The notes below the pieces were generated by a model that was not told the DNA's origin, searched no databases, and saw only the letters and a program-made list of their open reading frames with translations. Below are positions 12,417 through 25,099 of a stretch of DNA of 64,000 nt, piece by piece. Position 1 is the stretch's first letter. Every line of letters begins with the position of its first letter. Source of the stretch: Phoronis australis (taxonomy: Eukaryota > Animalia > Phoronida). Location: assembly GCA_002633005.1 (NCBI GenBank), contig NMRA01000320.1:293328-357327 (forward strand), read 5' to 3'. Both the position numbers and the translations under genes were made by a program.

Positions 12417-13779
12417 CTAGAAGAAAAAAGAAATTCTTGGCGACCTATTGGTTGCAAGATATATAATATCATTATTTTCTGTTTCGGGTGCATTGATTTT
12501 TACTATTATTTTACAGGTGTCAATCACAAAGTTTGTGTACTGGGAAATTCGGCTCGAAATTTGTATTTTTTTCCCTACAAGCAGCGTCATCTGTTGTTTA
12601 AATTTGAATTCTTTGCTCTGAATAATTTCAAATACCATTGAGATTTACCCGCCGTTTCACATTGGATCGAATGTCAAGTTCACCAATTTCGATAATGAGT
12701 TATTGATATTTACACAAGGAACACGAACGCTTCCCATTGTCATGACTTACGCTGTCATGTCCCTAAGTTCATTATGCCAACTATCTTCTCTGTAGTTCTT
12801 GAGAAACTGGGATTTTTAAACCTCTACGTACCACATTTGTCTATGCTCCCATTGTGAGTCATATATGTGTAGATCACGTGGCACTGTGTATGATGAATAT
12901 GCATTAACCATGATCGTATGATTGCCTACTTTTGTCAAAAATAATTATATTGATTAAAATAGGCCAATGTGTTGACATTTTTCAAAATTTTTTTAAAACT
13001 CGTAAAATCTTGTCTATTTTCACTTTCAGAGAATTCAGAATAGATCCAAAATGACAGAAGCAAGGATTCGCCAACATTAAAGGCGGTACAACAATATTCA
13101 GCAATAGGAGCCCAAACGGTGGCCTTGTCCAACGCTTTTAGGAATGCGTTACGGAAACGATACATCTCGGAGTGTTGGTGTGCATTACGAACTTTGCAAG
13201 AGCTGCACAAGATATTTGTGAATTGTTTAAGTATCAGGAAACAATTTTGGAGCCCTCCAATTCCTACCTAGATACCCATCTAGTCGTTCTTTCAGACTCT
13301 TTAGGGGGTTTGCATGACAGCATCTGGGCGGAGATTAAAACGGGGTTCATAACGCCTCTTGGCGTTCATACGGCATTGGGAAGGGGGCCGTGAGGCGGAA
13401 TTACGTAATCGGTACATTTTGGCGTTCATCGAGTATTTTATGGCACATGCGCTCCGTGCAAATTTTCTCTTATATTACTGGCAAGGTATTGAAGTGCACA
13501 GTACCATATAGGGGACCAAAAGGGAGTGTCAAACTGAAGAGGAATAAGGGAAACGGGTAAGAGGTTGAAGGAAAAGCAACAAAAATGCTACAATGAGACA
13601 CCGCACTAGTTGTCCAAAAATTGCAGGTGTAGTCTACTTCTTTCCATAAAGAACATTCATGAGGTTTAGCACACACAAAATAACACTTGCTGAAATGTGC
13701 TCAAAACTGATAGCTTCCATCATCTCCAAAATAAAACAGCCCCAGAATTCTGCAGTAGTCAAATACACGCGGAAATCAC

Positions 13780-14980
13780 CAACGCATTGCCGTCACATAC
13801 TTCTGTGTCAAAATTTCATGGAAATCCGTCAATCAGTTTTCTAGATTACCTGTAAAGCCCATTTTCTCCTACAATAGTGAAATTGGCCACTCGGGGGGTG
13901 CTGCAGATATCGAATTTCCGAAAAATCGATTTGAGTAACGTTTAACTTAAATCTGTCAATTGATTATCTAGATTATCTAGATTATCCTCCAGTAACGCCC
14001 TTCTCCTAAAAATGCTGAAAAGTCTAATAACAGGCCACGGGGCACACTGAAAAGTGACATGTCCAGCCAAATTTAATCAAATACCGATTGTTGGATCGAG
14101 AGCAGACAAACTGACCAATAGGGTTGCTGCAGTAGTCAAACTCAAACGAGATTACAGTGTGCCTGGTAAAAAGTTGATAAACGTATCTTGACCAAGATTC
14201 CACATGTATTTCGTAGTAAAAACTTGTAACTTGCTTTACTCGAAACGACACTCATAGGCATATGCAAAATACATGTATGACATGTCAACGTTAACAGTCA
14301 TATATGGACTTTGCTGCTGGACCGATATATGATGTAAATTTCAAGGACATACCTGTTGGAAGATTTTTGTCTCTGCTTGGTGGCCACCAATATCATCCCC
14401 CTCGATCACCATCAATTTCCCCTCTCACTCCTACTGTATCCGCTATTTTTGCCCCTATCCGGTCGCCAGCGAATCACAAGTGCATTGCCCTCACACATTT
14501 CTCTTTCAAAGTTTCATCGAAATTCACCACCCGGAAACGCTATTTTCTCCCAATTACTGAAAATGACCACTAGGAGGTGCTGCATATATCGAGTTTCCAA
14601 AAAATTGACTTATGCTGGAGGATCACCATCAAGTATCCCTGCTTTAAGTTTAATCGAAACCAGTCGATTGTTTCTTTAGAAATCCTTCAGAAACGCTCTT
14701 CCTCTAAAATACTAAAAAGCCCCAATCCAGGCAACGGTACACACTGAAAAGTGGCATGCCCACTCAAATTTAATCAAAATTTGATTTTTGAACATAGAGC
14801 AAACTCCTGAAAAACCAGACAGACTGGGAAATGGGGGGTGCTGCAGTTGTCAAGTCCGTCAGAAAATTTACTGGACCTTGCACATTGTTGTCACACATCC
14901 GTGTGTTAAATTTCACTGAAATCCATCAACTGGTTCTCTAGCCATCACCCGGAAACATTCTTCCCCCAAAATAGTAAACC
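13780..14980. repeat. Diverged tandem/dispersed repeat array (non-autonomous element-like)
   Basis: Recurring aaatttca..gaaatc, acccggaaac and cacactgaaaagtg..atg.cca..caaatttaatcaaa units at about 13810, 14040, 14510, 14640, 14740 and 14910. Confidence 0.55.
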
Positions 14981-15110
14981 AACAATTCTATACCTAAACA
15001 GGGAAATTGACTTTTCCTTCGTAACTGAATTTTAAACTGAGTTTACAATTCTTACCCTGTGAAAAGTTGTGACATATGGAAACTTCTAGCGAGTGACTGC
15101 ATGGTCATAC

Positions 15111-15384
15111 CTGGAGTTTCTGTTTTCTTTTTCTTTCTCTCTCTCTCTCTCCCATCTTTATCATCATCACCTGACCTCTTCCATCCACAGCTATATGCGC
15201 TCTCATTGGATGAAAAGCTGACTGCACGCGTCTGCGAACCCGTCCCCCGACTTAGAGACGGGTTCCATTTGTACGAGGAAGGATTGAGCTTATGTGAATT
15301 CGACTTGTGAGGCGGCTGAGCGTGTTCCTGGTGGTAGACCTCGCTTTCATCCTGGCCAATGAAGTCCATCGGGTCTTCCATCAT
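15111..15384 (-). CDS. ZNFX1: ZNFX1-like paralog A, first coding exon (low-complexity N-terminus)
   Basis: ATG at 15384, upstream acceptor GCTTTAG| at 15418-15417, phase-1 donor CCAG|GTATGA at 15111 matching exon 2. Homologous to 62355-63055 of paralog B (MDFIGQ..DESEV.HQEH.Q; PPH...S..W.PS). An alternative phase-2 donor exists at 15056. Confidence 0.7.
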
Positions 15385-16836
15385 GCTAACCCGTTGAAGC
15401 CCTGCCGGAACTGTATCTAAAGCAACAAGGCAAACACAAACATCAACTCATGAAGCCTCATGTGGCAGCCATCCAATATGATCACAGTTTTGTACCAGGT
15501 GTAAAGTTGACGAAAGTATGTTGACTAAGATTCTACACATATTTCACTTCGTAGTAAAAACTCGTGACTTTCTTTAAATCCTCCCCCACCCAGTGCTCTA
15601 TGGACTACATCAGAAGTTTGGCTTCTTGAAATCTCTCCTATCGCAGATGCTGTTTTCAAATTCAAAACTGAGTGATAAATACTGGGAGTCAGATAAAGTG
15701 AATAACAGGGCGAGGTAAGATTTCAACCCCTCCACTACATAAGTCAATAATAGCTTCATAATCATAGTCAATGGTGACTGTGCATATGTGCTCACGATAA
15801 ACGATGCAAAACATTCCTTCCACTGTTAAGACAAAAGCAACTTGGAGCGTTGAGATGCCCCCATCGAGTCTATCGCAAACGCTAAATATTTAACGGCCGG
15901 GTGCTCACTATTTTAATAATAATACTGCCACGGGAGTCAGATCCATCCAGGAATCAATATCAGTTGCGCCCGATACATTAGGACCACCTAGGTCAAATTT
16001 TGTGAGGATCTATCGAAAAATTACGTGGACATTAAGAAGCCAGATCAAGTACGCCAAATTCGACAAAGATCCACTGAAGAGGACGGAAGGAATATTGAAC
16101 TGAATTTCCACAAGGGAGCACCACAGAAGTCAGATCTATCCAAAATCATAATTTGCTCAATAGGAAGACATATGCAAAATATCATAAAGATCCATTGTCG
16201 AACGAAACAAAAAAGTATTGCTTGTTATATCACATACAAACAAATATTTGTGAAGGAATGTAAGACTGTTTGAGTCATACAAACACAAGCACAAACACGC
16301 ACGCACAGTCACACATACGCACATGACACGCAAGTTCGAGACTGGACAACAAATTAAACACTTACGTAGTTAATATCCAAGGAAAAAAAGGAGCCAAAGA
16401 GGGCCACTTTCAACAAACTTTACAGTCTCCAAAATAAAGATGTTTTTCTATTTAAAAGTGCGGTATCTGGCAACGTGGTATGAGGCAAGCACAAAAAACG
16501 AAGTTGTTGTCGAATTTTTCGAAAGTCAACACTAGCCATGCTTGCCTGAAAAGGAACACAAATGCCAAAAACACAAAAAACACCGGAGCAGGCGCAAAGA
16601 ACACAATTTAAGTTACTACTAACGGATGTCACAGTAGATCTGTCGGAATCGTCTCGGCTATTTTCTCCTCAACGTCTTCCAGCTATCTAGAAGATTCTTT
16701 GAGCAGAAATGGGATAAGCAGCGTTAATATGACGCATAAACTGCAAAACCACAACACACCAACTTCCGAAACTGACAACTTTTATTAGAATCTCCTGGCA
16801 TATTTACACTGACCTCTTGTCTATTTACATTGTCTC

Positions 16837-16878
16837 GACGTTTCAGTCTGTCTGCATGCATTCTCCGACCATCGTCAG
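16837..16878 (-). ncRNA. Minimal hammerhead-ribozyme-like motif
   Basis: CTGACGA-T-GGTC...GACT-GAAAC-GTC on the minus strand: core boxes, stem II and a GUC cleavage triplet. Stem I pairing is weak. Confidence 0.55.
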
Positions 16879-16949
16879 GTGTTCATGCGTTCTTAGAAGA
16901 ACGAGCACAGATATGTGGTACACATGGTGTGATTTTTTGATTATATATT

Positions 16950-17030
16950 GTCTGAGGAAGGATTTGAACCCGCGACTTCTGAAATTACAGATATTTGAGT
17001 CCAGCACCTTAACCACTACACCACGGAGTC
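16950..17030 (-). pseudogene. tRNA-like sequence / tRNA-derived Pol III promoter (SINE head or tRNA pseudogene)
   Basis: GACTCCGTGGTGTAGTGGTTAAGG (A box) ... CGCGGGTTCAAATCC (B box). Acceptor stem does not pair cleanly. Confidence 0.65.
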
Positions 17031-17329
17031 ATCCATTTACTTTGAGGGAATTTAATTATACTTAAACCTTCGTAAGTAGAGTGCGCCAGGTGTCACTTGG
17101 TTGTTTGCTTGCCTGACTGAATACATTGCCTTTTACTTTCTTGAACATGGCTTACTTGATCTTTCTCTTGATCCAACCTGTTTCACTATCAAGTATTTGG
17201 ATGTTATTCCACTGGATATTGTGTTGTTTCGACCACATGTGTTCTGCTACTCCTGATGACGTATTACCCCCTCTACAACACCTCTTTAAGTTCAGCAATT
17301 CTCATCTTGTAGATAGGCTTTCAGACATA

Positions 17330-19360
17330 GAAGTGGACACCTTTGAAAGGTGTGACAGTGCCACAGTATTTAATGGAATTTCTGGGGAATGGAATCTGGC
17401 TTTTGTAAGGTCGCTTGCGATGAGGAACTTTCACTAAGCAATTTATCTGAGCGGTTGAATCGACGTCAGGCATCAGCGAGGGTTGCGGTTTAGAGTAGCA
17501 GCCGACGTTGACAAATGCAGTGACCAGTCGGAATCCTCCTACGTGGCAGGAAAAAATTACGTAATCGACAGCAACGCCAATATCTTCAGGTTTTTTGAAG
17601 ACACCATGGGATTCCAGTTCATCAAATTGGAGTCGACCAGTTGATGTCTATAGAAAACTGGGGGGAGGGTTGTGTGGGCCCTATGTTGATTTTGACCTCA
17701 AATGGAACGGCGGGGCGATTGTAGCCCTTGAAGGACGATTTGAAGTCGTCATTGTAATGCTGTAGCAGTTGTCGAACTTGGGAGCAGACGATCTCCAGGT
17801 GGATGTTGGCTGGGTCCAGTCGGACATCATGCGAGTGCAGAGATGGCGCTATAGATGGTCTGAAGTCGAGACCGATTGCATCGGAACGGAGTCTTCATTG
17901 CACGGATCGGGAGGCACAATAGACCGAACTCTGCATACCGGTATGTGTTTTTTCAGGCGAAGGCTTATTCGTTCACTAGTCAGGTTCGGTATGCGCACGC
18001 GGCCGGGAATGCTGCGAAGAAGGCGGGGATGGAGACACTGGCACGTTATCATGAGTAGGACAGTGTGGCTCGATCGCACAGATGTCGTCATGTGGGAGTT
18101 CATCAGGCAAAGTAACGTCGACGAACTCTCCACTCCAGATTGTTGTGGTTTGAGGAGGAGCCCGTAGGACGTGGACTGGGCCCTACAGTGTGTCTCTCGA
18201 TGAAGGGATTCAAAGAACTGTAGGTGTATGGGGAGTGTGACTATTTCATGCTTGGCTGGAAGAATTGAGATGTCATTTCGTTCCATGAAAGGAATACCGG
18301 CCAGTAAGGCAGTATCAAAGCTTTCGACGACGACACCTTCAAAGATCCGTGTGTGTCTTTCACTGGTCAGTTCAAATCGGGTTTCAACAAGGACTGTCAG
18401 GGGCGACAGACCATCGGCTTGATGTGCAGATTGGGAAGTTTTTTAAATGCAGACACCGAGGAATTGAGCAAGGAATGCACGAATCGTGTTTCCGTAGCGC
18501 CGCTATCAATCTTAATACAAACAGGATGGTAACTGTAAAATAAGTCAAGGTAGTGGTATTGGCCAATCTGGACACGCTGAATAGGGCTGGATACAGTTGC
18601 ATCCTCTGAAACCTGGCTGTCGTCTGATTCGCCACCAGACGTGATTCCATAACTTTTCGGGCTTTAGCCATGTAGGTCTTATCCTCTGGTGGAAAACACT
18701 GGCTTTTGCTTTGGCAATGGGACCATGGTCGACCAGCTTGCTTGCATAAAAGACAACACATGGTGCTTCTTAAGGCCGCCTGGTGAAAGTTGGCTTCGGG
18801 TTGGGCTGGGTAATAGGGAGGAATTTATTAGTGAACTTGGTGGCGCAATTCTCTACGGCGGTTCACAGAGCATGCATATTTTCCGATAAGTTGAGTTCTT
18901 GCAACAGAAACTCTAGTGCCTTGGATTTTTCTGGTCGAATAGATGCTAACTTCAGTCCCATACTTTTGCTTGACCAGTCGTTGTAGTGCATGATGGATTG
19001 TGTTTAACCACGTGAGTACGATAAAATTTTCTAGGGTGAGTGTTAGTTGTTCGGCGTTGGCGGCGTGTACGACATGGTAAGAGATCCCAAGCAGGCTGTC
19101 ATCAACGAATTCCATCAAGCGTTGGTAAAGATCTTCGTAGCTTTCACCAGGCTCGAGGTGGATCGATGTAAAATTGTTGTTGTTGTTGGCACCACTGGTT
19201 TGGAATCCGAAATGTATTGGCATGGCTTAATTGTCAGATTCGTGAAATTGATGTGCTATTGACTATGCGGGCTGTGATAGGGCAGAAATTTGCAATTTTC
19301 TCAAGCATCAGTTAAAGCATATTCACTTTCTGTTGTGCCGTTTCGTCGTTCTTTATCTGG
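17330..19360 (-). mobile_element. Degenerate Gypsy-type LTR retrotransposon gag-protease-RT fragment
   Basis: Gag-like HLEPGESYEDLYQRLMEFVDDSLL, CxLCKQAGR knuckle, protease IDSGATET, LAGIPFMERNDI, and [18 protein letters not shown]...[26 protein letters not shown]...[11 protein letters not shown]; frameshifted. Confidence 0.8.
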
Positions 19361-21181
19361 GACACTGGACGGATCGTCGGAAAAACCGCCGAGGGGGGGA
19401 AGAGCGCGCCTTTTTCCCTTTCGAAACCATCAATTAAACGGGGGCGAACAGGGAGTCGAAGGTATATAAAAAGTTCTGTTTCCAACTTTCATAAGTAGTG
19501 ATAATCTCGTTTCGCGTGAAGCATCATTGCTTAGGTGCACGTACGGTGTTTGCCATATTGTCAACGAGTTGGATGTAGGCCAATGTCTGGGTCGCCGTAT
19601 GACATATCTTAGGCGGCACGCAATAGTTTTTTCGAGTCGCAGTCGAATTAACAACCCCTATTTAATAAGAAATTAGTGCCTGCGGGATTGGCTGGACATT
19701 TTGAGATTTAGCATAGTGTGGTGGTTATAAATGGCATTTGTTCATTTTTTGAACCTGTTTTGAAAAAAAATCTAGGATGTTGCCCCCTTGACCTATTTTT
19801 CTGGCAACAGTGGCTACCTCTTCATGTAGGCAAGGCCAGTTTTGACTTGTAATTCAGGTGTTGAAAATTGCCAATTTTGTGTATTTTTGCTATTTTTCTG
19901 GCATCGCCGGATACCTGTAGGTATAAAAGCAAAAAGAAGGCACTTCGAATGCAAGGTTTGCATGGACCGTACCTGCATATATGTTTCATATTTTGTGGTT
20001 TTGTTGAAGAAAAGAAAGAAACTACTTTCCCTCAGTTCACCTTCCCTAGGCAGGCCAAAATGAGGAAAAACTGTTGAGTGCCACCTTAGTATATGTGTCA
20101 ACTAGTTAGGCGAATGTCTGGGATGGAAATCTGTGCACTAATCAATGAAAGTTAATTCACAGTGTGACTTAAGATCAAGTCTATGCGAGATCATGGCTTC
20201 CAGGAGCTAAACACTAGTAGGTGTGGTTAGGAAAAGCTCTGCCACCACGCTAATATGACGCATAAACTGCAAAATCACAACATACAAATTTCCGAGACTG
20301 AGTTTGTATATTTCAAAACTGGAAGAGAGTATTTCCCTCCGTAACGCACAATCCATTAACTAGACAAACTCACTGGCGCAGGCTGACGGCTAAGAGAACA
20401 CGAAAATGGCCTCAAGTGAGGACGCGGAATAGCTTAAATCTGTCTGAAACCTGTTGTCTTCAACGTAGAAACTTATTTGCCAAGCTCATCAAGTTCTTGG
20501 TAGAGATTGAATGATGCAGGGGAAACCTAAATTCCCAATAGGAGACACCACAGTTGTCGGACTGTTCCAAATTCAACTACAGCTGTGCACCCCACAACAG
20601 GAACATATACAACAAATTTCATAAAGTCCAGGAATGAACTTGATAGATATTAGCTAGAGAAAAAACAAAACCGCTACTACGGCACGTCACATCATTTGGA
20701 CTAAGAAATGAAAGTCAGCTGCGCCCTCCTCAATAAGAGAGCATTTCCTATATTTCTTTATGGTCTTTCAAGCAGTTTTGCGGATGGAGATTCATTGTCA
20801 CATCGACCTGTGAGCTAATAAGTTTCGATGTGAGGATAGACTGAAGACTAGCTCGAATGTGCACAGGTCCCCTCAAACAAAACGTCCGACGTAATGTCTG
20901 TTCTGATGTTCCAACCATGCTGCAAAGCCTTGTACCTTGTGATATTGCGTTTCACTGAGTAAGGTTCACTGTCGATTTGTGTTATGTAGGACAAAAAATG
21001 GCTAAATTTGGCAAATTTCGGAACACCATGTTAGGAATTCTTCTTAAAAATTTTCATTTTTGCATAAGGGAGTATCAAGATAGGATTCGTACAAAATGAA
21101 AAGAAAATGATAATTTAGAAAATTGTAACAATGTTTATGAGATTTTTTCTTAAACATTTATATCAACAAAATTTGGTTGTG

Positions 21182-21507
21182 TTATTACTCTGCGCGTGTA
21201 AGCGCAGAGTACTGTTGTTCCTGGGTTTTCTTCAATTTTATTACTCTACGCGTGTAAGCGCAGAGTACTGTTGTTCCTTGGGTTTTCTTCAATTTTATTA
21301 CTCTGCGCGTGTAAGCGCAGAGTACTGTTGTTCCTGGGTTTTCTTCAATTTTATTCTTATTACTCTGCGCGTGTAAGCGCAGAGTACTGTTTTTCCTGGG
21401 TTTCCTTCAATTTTATTCTTATTACTCTACGCGTGTAAGCGCAGAGTACTGTTGTTCCTGGGTTTTCTTCAATTTTATTATTCTTATTCTTATTCTTATT
21501 CTTCTTC
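21182..21507 (+). repeat. Five tandem 56-62 bp units with a hairpin, then a (TTATTC)n tract
   Basis: Unit ttattACTCT(G/A)CGCgtgtaaGCGCAGAGTactgttgttcctgggttttcttcaatt repeated five times. Confidence 0.95.
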
Positions 21508-22803
21508 CTACTAAATTTGAGGCTTAATAACTCCAAATTGGGTGCAGGTACGGTATTTAAATTCAGCATATGACTTTTGACAGTATATAAATTTTGATTG
21601 GTTACTTAATCATATTCCATATTGCACCGGAAGAGGTCGTTTGGTGCAAAGGTCATATAATTTTCAAAATGCTACTCCTCCTTCAGTATTAAAGCTATCT
21701 TTTTCAAATTCGGTGCACAGGTATAAGTCAACATGACAATTTAAAAATTACTTTTCTAAGTAATCGGGTCATCCAATCAGGTGAAATAGGTCAAAGGTCA
21801 TTAGGTGCAAACTAAAATTTTGAGCTAGACACTTCAAATTGACAGGTCTGATTGCCACAGGTAAATCAAATCGGAATTCAAAGTTTCAGGCCATTTAGTG
21901 CAAACATGGGGTCATTAGGTGCATTTTTCTTCTAAAAATTTGACCTTTTCAATCAGCAAGTATTCTGATGTGTCAACTGTTAGACAACTGTGGTTCTCAG
22001 CGTTAAACACATTTTCCATTGGCTTTGCAATAATTCTCCTAAAGATGCTTAAAATGCACCGGATAAGGTCAATTAGTGCAAAGGTCATGTAACGTTCAAA
22101 ATGTTATATCTCTTACGTTTTTCAAGGAATTCTTTTCAATTTCAGCACACTGGTGTAAGTCAACATGCCAATTAAATACCCTACTTTACTTCACAATAGG
22201 CCTAACCAATAAGAAAAAATAGGTCAAAGGTCATTGAGTGCAAACTAAAATTTTGACCTACATGTCGTGAACACATCCACTAAAACAAGAAACTGTAGGA
22301 ACACTGCATTTATCCACCTTCACTCTTATCAGGCTTCTATTGCGAGTCAGCATGCGTGAATAATTGGCTGATAAGCCACCTCTGGAACTACTTTTGGCTG
22401 AATGGATGACCAGGCCATAAAATGATAATTAGCCAAGACCAGTTACTATAATGCAACAAAGAATAATGTCTTGCATCACCTAGCCTTGGTGGAAAGCTGT
22501 ATACTGTATTGTGTCAAACAAACGCTTAGAAAAATTCATTTCACGGGGAGGGGACGCTTATTGTAGTGAGCCTACGGCAGTTGAAACCCGGTTTCCCAAA
22601 CGGGTAAAATCGGAAGCTAGGATTCATCAAATTTACGCTCTGTGACGTAGTTGTAGCCTATGACAGCCTTTCTACAAAATTGTGGTGCATTGCTATCAAC
22701 TTCCGTTGTTAAATTACAATAATTTTTCAAAAAATTGTGCACAGGGCGAAAACTTGCCGACTGATGCGTCGCTGAATCGCGAACGTCAATAGGAAAACTT
22801 GAA

Positions 22804-23035
22804 NNNNNNNNNNNNNNNNNNNNNNNNNNNNNNNNNNNNNNNNNNNNNNNNNNNNNNNNNNNNNNNNNNNNNNNNNNNNNNNNNNNNNNNNNNNNNNNNN
22901 NNNNNNNNNNNNNNNNNNNNNNNNNNNNNNNNNNNNNNNNNNNNNNNNNNNNNNNNNNNNNNNNNNNNNNNNNNNNNNNNNNNNNNNNNNNNNNNNNNNN
23001 NNNNNNNNNNNNNNNNNNNNNNNNNNNNNNNNNNN
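22804..23035. other. Assembly gap
   Basis: Run of N. Confidence 1.
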
Positions 23036-24146
23036 ATGACAATGAATGAACACAATGAAATTAACAACGTCGTTTTACAGCTTGTAAGATTCATAATAAA
23101 CGTACGTATTTTGAATATTGCAATGCATGTGTTCCAAAATCTAAATAACTTGGGTCCTATATTTTTGTATTAGTGCGCGCCGAATGAAGTAATCGTGAGT
23201 GTTGCTGTGTTGCAAAATCTCTTATCCTGGGCCGATTTGAAAAATTCAAAGTTGTACTCATATTTGTTTTCGCTCCTCTTTTCAAATATTACAGTAAAAA
23301 CTACGTAAAACTCTCTCCATAAAAAGTACAGTCTGCTAGCTAGATTGTAATCAGCTGATCATATCCGCATGAGCGAAGCCAATTAGCCTCGCTCGTGACT
23401 CGATGACTAGAGCAGCTTGGCGGCATCCCTTTGATCGTGAGCCGAGTGCGACTCAGCCAAGGTGGATAAATACGGTCTAGTTCAATTTTCCATACCCCAC
23501 CGTTTACCTTAACCACTGGGGTTAGGACCAATCTTATTTAGTGGGAATGTTCATAGCATGTAGAGACTTTAGAATTACGTATCTGTTTACTAAGTGCGAT
23601 TGAGTTTGAATTCTAAATTTTCAGGTCATTTGGTGCACCCATGGGTCATTAGGTGCATTTTACTTCTGAAAGTTTGACCACTTCATTCATTTTGTATTCT
23701 GAAGTGCTTAAAGTAAAACTTCTGTGATTATTAGTATTAACCACACTTTTAATCGAGTTAACAATTACTCCCTCATCGGGGCTCATAATGCACCGGAAGA
23801 GGTCAATTAGTGGAAAGGTCATCAAAAAATTAAGAGCAATTCCATATAAAAACCAGATGGTGGGCTATTATGCACAATCACCAAGTTTTTTGAAACTTAG
23901 CACATCAGCTGGCCTTGTCAACAGAAACCCGAGCCTGAATTTTTAAGAGTTTCTGAGTTTTTTAACCCTTTTTACTACCACTTTGTACTTTTTCTGAAAA
24001 ATAGCAAATAATAGTACTTGGAAGTAGGTGACTTTTTGTCAGCAACAGCACATCATCGCTTCACGCTATTGAAAAGATAACTATACAGCAGAAAGAAGAA
24101 AGAATAAAATACAAGAAAAACTAGTTCGGATGGATTTATTGATTTT

Positions 24147-24394
24147 TTATGTCCTCCCATTCGTCTGGTGGTGCACCACACTATCTTCACGTTTCACACT
24201 CTGTCTAGACAGAATACTATCCCCATCCACGCGGTGGTGCACCACACCATCTTCACCTTTCATTGTGAAGTCCATTTCACTACCTTCGGTATGACTAGCC
24301 ACTTGAACATCGTGTACAAGCTGTCGGGCTTTCTTTTTCTGCTGGATGTGCTCCTCGTGATCTATCTCACCCTCTTCCTCGCTGGAGTAATAGC
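24147..24394 (-). CDS. Orphan candidate terminal exon related to the ZNFX1 first-exon motif
   Basis: Acceptor TTGTTGGTTTAG| (phase 1), open frame YYSSEEEGEIDHEEHIQQ..., stop at 24149-24147 and AATAAA at 24140-24135. 29/38 nt match to 62965-63002. Confidence 0.4.
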
Positions 24395-25099
24395 CTAAAC
24401 CAACAAGCGAAAAAGAAACCATTACACACGAAGCCACAAATAGCATCCTGTATTTAATACCATGGTTAGGCGGGTATTGCAAAGTTTATAAAATACAAGT
24501 TTGACCAAAATTCAGCATGCATTCCTTATAAAAGTAACCACTCGTGACATTCTGCAAAGGGCATGTATTTACTCGTTTCCCATTTTCTATAACTAAGTTT
24601 GAGCTCAACATACAAGCACCAGAGACACTAAGTGCCAATTTTGTGTAAATTCTCTAAAACACCAATACAGTGGCTCCATCTCGGTTGTAAGTCTCCTCCC
24701 CCGCTCAGTGCACCACGCGTTGCCAGAAACCTGTTTTCTTGAAACCTCTCCTATGATGTAGATACTTTTTCAACTTCATAAATAATAAGTACCGGCAGTC
24801 AGATGACGTAAATAACAAGATGGTGTACGATTTCAAAACCACGTTCTCATCTCCACATAACAGTCTCACGAACTCTCCTAGATCATAGTCACGGGTGACT
24901 GTCTTAAAAGTATGTTTAAGGTGAACAATAATGTTGTTATTTTGATAGGAACACGACTTCCAAATTCCATAAAGATCCTTCAAGGGTATTAGGGGATATA
25001 GCGGCTGACGCCAGACGCTGGACTCCCAGATGTCAGTACCAGGATGACGACAATATTCGCCTGCATAGATGTATTGTATATGTGGCAGAATCAAAAATA

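Larger units (their letters stand above)
16800..17330 (-). mobile_element. Penelope-like element 3' fragment (GIY-YIG C-terminus + pseudo-LTR)
   Basis: Minus-strand translation SGVAEHMWSKQHNIQWNNIQILDSETGWIKRKIK*A, typical of the PLE GIY-YIG end, followed by a hammerhead-like motif. Confidence 0.7.
21182..23830 (+). mobile_element. Helentron/HINE-like non-autonomous element(s), interrupted
   Basis: Terminal hairpin plus microsatellite, followed by internal repeats rich in ggtcaaaggtca and tgcaccgga...ggtc (about 21620, 21790, 22055, 22220, 23620-23820). Family assignment is inferred from structure. Confidence 0.5.

Noticed and set aside
12027-12641. L1 endonuclease continuation or the plus-strand 134-aa ORF
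   Set aside because: The region is better explained by ZNFX1-A exon 2, with correct splice sites, phase and homology.
16950-17030. Functional tRNA gene
   Set aside because: Acceptor and anticodon stems do not pair properly; it is embedded in a retroelement remnant.
21182-21478. Palindromic repeats resembling a CRISPR array
   Set aside because: No unique spacers (whole units repeat), eukaryotic context and no cas genes.
22617-23173. ORFs spanning N runs (also 34088-34567)
   Set aside because: Artefacts of assembly gaps.
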